A stretch of 26,076 bases of DNA from Octopus sinensis (taxonomy: Eukaryota), in assembly GCF_006345805.1 (NCBI RefSeq), contig NW_021835603.1, forward strand, positions 1-26,076, written 5' to 3'. The notes beneath the pieces were generated by a model, which was given only the letters and a program-made list of their open reading frames with translations, was not told the DNA's origin and did not search any database. Both the position numbers and the translations under genes were made by a program. Of this stretch, positions 20,500 through 26,076 are shown in pieces. The stretch's first letter is position 1. Each line of letters opens with the position of its first letter.

Positions 20500-22150
20500 T
20501 CATGAGCCCGATGCAGTAATTATACAACGATAATGCATGCTCATTGACAGCCTTGAAAAATTTTCAGAATTTAGTTTTGTGTCTGCCAGGCTATTAATTC
20601 TTCCCTCGATTGCATCCGATATTGAGTTCATCGTGTCATTCTTCAGAACTTTGCTATCTTTGTTTTCCAATACTTCAAGGTAACGATAGCCATCAATCTC
20701 GTCAAGCAGCTTAGTTTTGCTACTCAACCCTTCAAGATTAGTTGCAGACTTTTTAGCGTTTTGCTCCAATCCGGCAGTTCGAAAGAATTGATCAACCTCG
20801 GCCATCATTCTCATTACAGTGTCTTCCTTCCGAGCAAACAATTTTAGGTCGTCCATGACCAACAAGTGGTTCGTTGAGTATACGCGAGGACTATTGCCAG
20901 ATTTGTCCACTAGCACATTTGGGAATTTCGCATTCAATATTCTATTCAGGGGGTCCAGGACAAGAACAAAGATTTGCGGCGATAAAAAATCACCCTGCAA
21001 GGTCCCTCTCTCCATCCTCACTTCACCAATCTCTTTTTGATTAAATCTCAGCTTGATCTTCCATTTCGTGACAATTTCCTTGATAAAATCCACAATCCAA
21101 TGGGGGGGGGCCGGAGTTATCTAGGACTTGATACAGAAACTCGTGATCGACAGTCAAAAGCCTTCTTTACATCAATCCAGACAGAAGGCAAATTATTCCC
21201 ATTTTGTTGATGGATACATTGGTTGAGCAATGCCTGCTCTTTGGCTTTTTGGCACATTCTTCTTGTCGCTGATTAAATTGTATGCTTCAATGTAGTTCGT
21301 CAATTTTCTGTTCACACATTTTTTTACAAGTTTATATAGATTTGACATGCAAGTAATCGGCCTCAGGTTCTTGGGTGAGTCACAAATTTCTTTTTTGGGA
21401 ATAAGATGGGTAATCCCTGTGTAGAACCACTCACCAGGTGTGTATTTTCCATATATGATATCCGCGACTTTCTTACAGAGGTCATCGTGGACCGTAGTAA
21501 ACTTTTTTAAGAAAAAATCGTATACGTCATCGCATCCACAGGCTCTTCAATTTGGCAGCTGATTAATGATCTCAATAATGGTGTCTTTTCAAAAATCAGC
21601 AATTGTGTCCTCGGCACCAGTCACCCGGTTATCCAATAAAATCGAGTCCCCTACGGGCTCATGTTTTACCCAAATACTCTCCCAGAATGAGAGACACTGA
21701 CTCTGGTCAAATATAAACTGTGTATTCTTTTTCTCAGTCAGGTTTCTGTAAAACTGCCTTCCGTTAAGTTCAAAACACATATTGTCCCTCCGGAATTTTT
21801 CCCTTGTTTCATGGGTTGCCAATTTTTTTGCAACAATTCTTACCTCATCCTGGATGCAGGTGACAATTCTAAATAAATCTCTTTTTTTGGCCTTCCGGTA
21901 TCCATATTTGCTCAAAATGTCTTGTCTCTCAATTCGTCACTGAATGATTTTCTCGTTTTGTCATTATTAGTTAGTGGTGCTACCAACTCGAGTTCCTTCC
22001 TAAGTTTGTCAAGCTTCGCGTTCATAATTCCAATCCATTCACTTTTTTTACTGGGTCAATGCATCATATGCTCGTTGGCCAGCATAGAGGATGTCGGCAA
22101 TGTCATTGAGATTAGCCGGTTGATTTGCTTTCATAAATTCCCCTTAGTGG
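20500..22150 (-). mobile_element. R4/Dong-like (RLE-type) non-LTR retrotransposon RT region, degenerate and 3'-truncated
   Basis: FRRDNMCFELNGRQFYRNL; YDFFLKKF...WFYTGITHLIPK...LRPITCMSNLYKL; RGTLQGDFLSPQIFVLVLDPL; NHLLVMDDLKLFA; YRYLEVLE. Confidence 0.85.
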
Positions 22151-22736
22151 TCTGAAACTTTCATTGAACGCCCTTGTTATATGAGGCCATTCATCGCGAG
22201 GAATCCTTCCAAATCTTTGTCTGGCAGAATGAACCACTTCTATGGCCCACTGAATCTTGTAGGAACTTTAAATTTGGCAATGTAGAAAATTACTTTATAA
22301 GTTTTTATAAAAAATTCTATTGTAGTAATGTTATTTTTATGAAAAATAAATGTCACTTTCGGTTACCGCGGCAATACTATTTGTATTGACAAAAGTCGGA
22401 ATGCACCGAGGATGTGAAATCAGGAATCACATTTCCCAATATTGGACATTGGAGGCAATTTATATGCCAACATGTTTTCCCTGTTTATAATTTTTGGTTC
22501 TGTTTATATTGTTTTTTTTTGGAATGAGGAGTTTGGTATAACTGATCGAATCATATTACAACTGAGGTAGATTAGTTAAAGGAAACTCGTTTTTTATTAG
22601 AAACCAGATATATTTATTGGATTGAATTGTTTTTATTGTTCACAAAAAACTGAAAACCCAAATAACATGGAAAAATCATTAACGGGAAGATTTAAAAAGC
22701 AACGAAGTGTCTCCTTCCATGCCAACCCAATTATAA

Positions 22737-22970
22737 TTACTCAACACAACCTTTCTCCAGGACCATCCGGATAGTGGGCACAAAGGACTCTTGCAAGTCT
22801 TCAAGCCTTCCGTCAAGTTGTACTCTGTAAGGCAGTTTCAATGCGATACATCTTGTCTTTTTTAACTGTTTGATAAAGTAGTCTTTCTCCGTACCAAACC
22901 AGCCTTCGTAGCCATATGTAAAAACCCCAGATATATTTAATACTAATAATCTGAAAATGAATAAAGTCAA
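22737..22970 (-). CDS. Unidentified ORF/exon, divergent from POC1
   Basis: Stop-free 77-codon frame of ordinary composition just upstream of POC1 on the opposite strand. No motif recognised. Confidence 0.25.
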   Translation of the reverse strand: MTLFIFRLLVLNISGVFTYGYEGWFGTEKDYFIKQLKKTRCIALKLPYRVQLDGRLEDLQESFVPTIRMVLEKGCVE

Positions 22971-23125
22971 ATATTTGTTAAAACATGGAATTTGTCTTCA
23001 ACTGTATTCTTTCAAAGTACTCTGCGAGTTTTAGTTTAATGACTCTCATCTATAAAGACAAATAATATTTTTAATATTACTAATTTTAAAGAATAATTAT
23101 AAATTGTTGCTAGGAAATAGCGAAA

Positions 23126-24547
23126 ATGAAGACAGTGCAAGTAATTAATTAGATTATTTGGAAGGATGAGTCCTCGCCCTTTTTACAACAAAGTTTGTCA
23201 GGACATCGAGATACAATAACTGGAATTGACTTTAATGTAAATGGAAAACAACTTGCCTCCTCATCGTTGGACTCCGCAGTAATTTTATGGAAAATCTATC
23301 CTCGTCTACACGTGATAAGACTTGCTGGGCACAAAGTATTAAAATTGACTGATTATTAAGGATTCCACGACTTGCGTCTCCTTCTCTCCGTCAGGAGCAT
23401 TGTTGGCCTCTTCTTCGAAGGACAAGACCGTAAGACTGTGGATTCCTTCAGCGTATACCTCGATCATATCATTAGTAGGAAAGGTGAAAGTACAAGCTTC
23501 GTCGGGCACACTGCTGCTGTCCGACATGTCGAATTTAGTCACGACGGGCAATGCTTTATCACATGTTCTGACGACAAGTCAGTCAAGGTATATAAGCTAG
23601 GAGTTCTTCTTACAGATATGGACAACTCACAGACAGAGATTCCAATCCTCGTACATTCATCATTCGAATTGGGTTAGGTCAGCGAGGTAATGAGTTTTGA
23701 CAAATTTAAGTTTTTCGCCAGACAGCCGTAGTTTTGCTTCTGTAAGTGACGACAAGACTGTCCGTCTGTGGGATCGAGCTATCAAAGACCCCGTCCAGAC
23801 TTTCCGTCTTGATAACTCTCGAGGGACATCAATCAGATTCCATCCTGGGGGGTATTTTATTGGAGGAGGAATTGACGATGGTTCAGTCAAGATCTGGGAC
23901 ATTCGTAGTTATAAACTAATTCAAAACTATGCTGGTTTTTTATTTAAAAATTATTTTTAGTGCACAATGCCTCAGTAAACGACATCTCCTTCCACCCTTC
24001 CGGGAACTATTTAATCACTGCCTCCTCTGATGGAACAGCCAAAGTTTTAGATTTGATCGAAGGGAGACTCTTCTACACAATCCACGGTCACAAAGTTTGT
24101 TGAGACACGTGACCTTTAAGGACTCGGTCACAGCAATCAAGTTTTCATGTGACGGCCAAAACTTTGCAACAGGCGGGGCAGACGAACAACTTTTTTTGTG
24201 GAAAACCAATTTTGATTTGGCGGTTAAAAAAGTGCAGGAAAAAGAAAATGAGACTAATATGAAAAAATACGAGACCGACTATTGTTCAGCTGCGGAGGAT
24301 CAAAGTCTTCCGAGAAATGAAGATCCTCAGAATCATGTTAAACAGCTCAACGGTGGACAAACAGATGAAAATTTTTCTGAATTTGTCTTGAATATAAAAC
24401 AGGCTCTCGATAGAATAACAGGACAATTGGACATGTTGACAGAGGTTGGATATGGAAATAACTATGTAGACTGTGGGTGTACTCGAACACCGTCTTAGTA
24501 ACACGGAGGACAGATTACATCAACACATCGTTGATACGAAAAATAAA
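23126..24547 (+). CDS. POC1: POC1 centriolar WD40 protein, intact, 9 exons, 405 aa
   Basis: Exons 23126-23140, 23165-23335, 23361-23452, 23479-23587, 23616-23686, 23711-23934, 23961-24094, 24121-24444, 24470-24547 splice into one open frame of 1218 nt. It has WD40 repeats ([45 protein letters not shown]) and the POC1 C-terminal coiled coil [22 protein letters not shown]. Confidence 0.95.
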
Positions 24548-25065
24548 TAGTTACTTAGATTGTAAAAATTCATTTTGCGATAAAAAATGTTTCATAAACT
24601 TTGTCCAATTTTGATTAATTTGGCAATTATAGTTAGGAATATTTTTATTTTAAATACAATATTTTTGTTTTTCTAAAATAATGATCTTTTCCAAAGTAGA
24701 AAACATTCCAAAGGGAGGTCTATTAGAGGTACCAATTGTACTGTTGAGTGCAGGACGTCAAAAGAAGTGGATTTAAAAAAAGAACTACTATTTGAGGTAC
24801 CGATTCAGGAAATTATAGTAAAGACTGGTTGGAACTATTTTCACTTTTAATTCCAAATTAATTTTAGCTCTTTGGATAAAAGGTCAATTTATTTTAAAGA
24901 CTATTTTTGTGGATATGGTACCGAAAGTTAGCGCAAAAGGACAAAAAAAGCTCCCATTAAAACCTAGAATGTTTCTGAACCGAATACTATGGAACCTCAA
25001 AAACCTGCTCAGCGCGTAATTGAGGCTGACAGCTCTAACCTCTGTTATATTCTAACGATCGAAAA

Positions 25066-26076
25066 CTTAGCACTGGAGAAGATCAAAAGCAGTAATTCTC
25101 AAATGCGGCCCCGCAAAAATAAATGATTGGATTAAAAAAATTTTAATAATTGTTATAAAATTAAATTTCAATTCATTCACGTAAAAAATTGTCTAATGTC
25201 TGTTGTCCCTAAACAATATCGTATTATAGTACAAGAAAATAGGGGATTCAAAAAAGAATGGGAGGAAAGTTTTTTATGATTCAAAAGAAAAGAAAATTAC
25301 ATTGCTTAATAGGTTTTGTGAGATACACCAAAATCAGAAATAGTTTCAGAAATTATTTAAACATGATATAATTTATTTTATAACTATTTTCAGTAGAAAA
25401 TAAAATGACTTATGTAATTTTTTGGGTCGTTATTCCAAAAACCGGGTACGTTCAAAAACTTCAAAATTTACTTTTTTTCGTAATTGTAATTCTAATTTAT
25501 CCTCTTTCTTCTATGTTTAGTTTGTTTCTTTTTTTCCGATCATACTATTAAGAGTGCTGAATTCTCTCTCTACGCAGAATGATGTAGGAAAACATAATTT
25601 TTTCCCATAATTTCGGGAATTTCATTTTTTTTAGATTTTTCTTCTCAGAATTGTCAGATTTTCACGCAGCTCACTGCCTCCTCTATAAACAAAACCAATA
25701 AACAAACACATTCAATCACTCACTATAAACAAAACCAATCACTCACTACAAACAATGATTGTTTTTTACAGGAACAGAGTTGAACCTTGGAAAAGAACGC
25801 TTGAACTGGACAAAAGAATAAACCAGATTTATCACCAAATAAGTGTCTTCAACATCCCCAGTGCCTGTCAGTACATCGAAGGGAACGAGGCGGGCTTGCC
25901 TACCTGAATAACCTTGCGAATAGAGGATGTAGCGACTAGAAGGAGAAGTTTAATTAATATCTGAATAAATTGATTGTAGTTTTTTTACAGTCTAATAAAT
26001 ATTATTAGACTCTATCATATACACTACATTAACGAAGAAACCATTTGTAGACTAAGTGGATCTGGAAGACCGACAT
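25066..26076 (+). repeat. Copy 2 of the ~1 kb direct repeat (runs to the window end)
   Basis: Matches 1-991, including the junction into the Tc1 remnant. Relative to copy 1 it has an extra ~40-bp segment near 25670-25710 and a ~14-bp deletion near 25595. Confidence 0.97.

Noticed and set aside
9257-21040. Antisense ORFs such as 9257-9715, 9886-10122, 10575-10781, 13261-13494, 17707-18033, 20028-20276 and 20819-21040
   Set aside because: They are shadows of transposase or RT coding sequence on the opposite strand.
18500-22150. Polinton/Maverick or endogenous virus suggested by the integrase
   Set aside because: No protein-primed DNA polymerase, packaging ATPase, protease, capsid or long TIRs were recognised; the neighbours are unrelated TE scraps.
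23126-24547. Ciliate origin or variant genetic code suggested by the tiny introns and GAK-type H3 tail
   Set aside because: POC1 uses CAA/CAG for Gln, has no in-frame TAA/TAG in 405 codons, and ends at TAA where homologues end.

Overview
AT-rich eukaryotic DNA with ultra-short spliceosomal introns (mostly 23-31 nt) and apparently the standard genetic code. This is compatible with a compact-genome animal parasite such as a dicyemid or myxozoan, but the taxon cannot be fixed from sequence alone. Most of the window is decayed transposable elements. A Tc1-like shell (2908-12289) holds three pogo/Tigger-like elements, a hAT non-autonomous element and a minisatellite-bearing Helentron/HINE-like insert. 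Further right are a jockey/I-like LINE carrying a captured histone H3 tail, three CRE-clade endonuclease fragments, an R4/Dong-like RT, a second LINE fragment, a hAT fragment and an intron-containing Ginger/KRBA2-type integrase. Host genes are an intact 9-exon POC1 (23126-24547), plus a head-to-head pair of a 3'-truncated MAP4K4/MINK/TNIK-like kinase and an ADO-like dioxygenase, both with 1-bp frameshifts that may be sequencing errors. A diverged ~1 kb direct repeat brackets the window (1-991 vs 25066-26076). All alignments and translations were done by eye.
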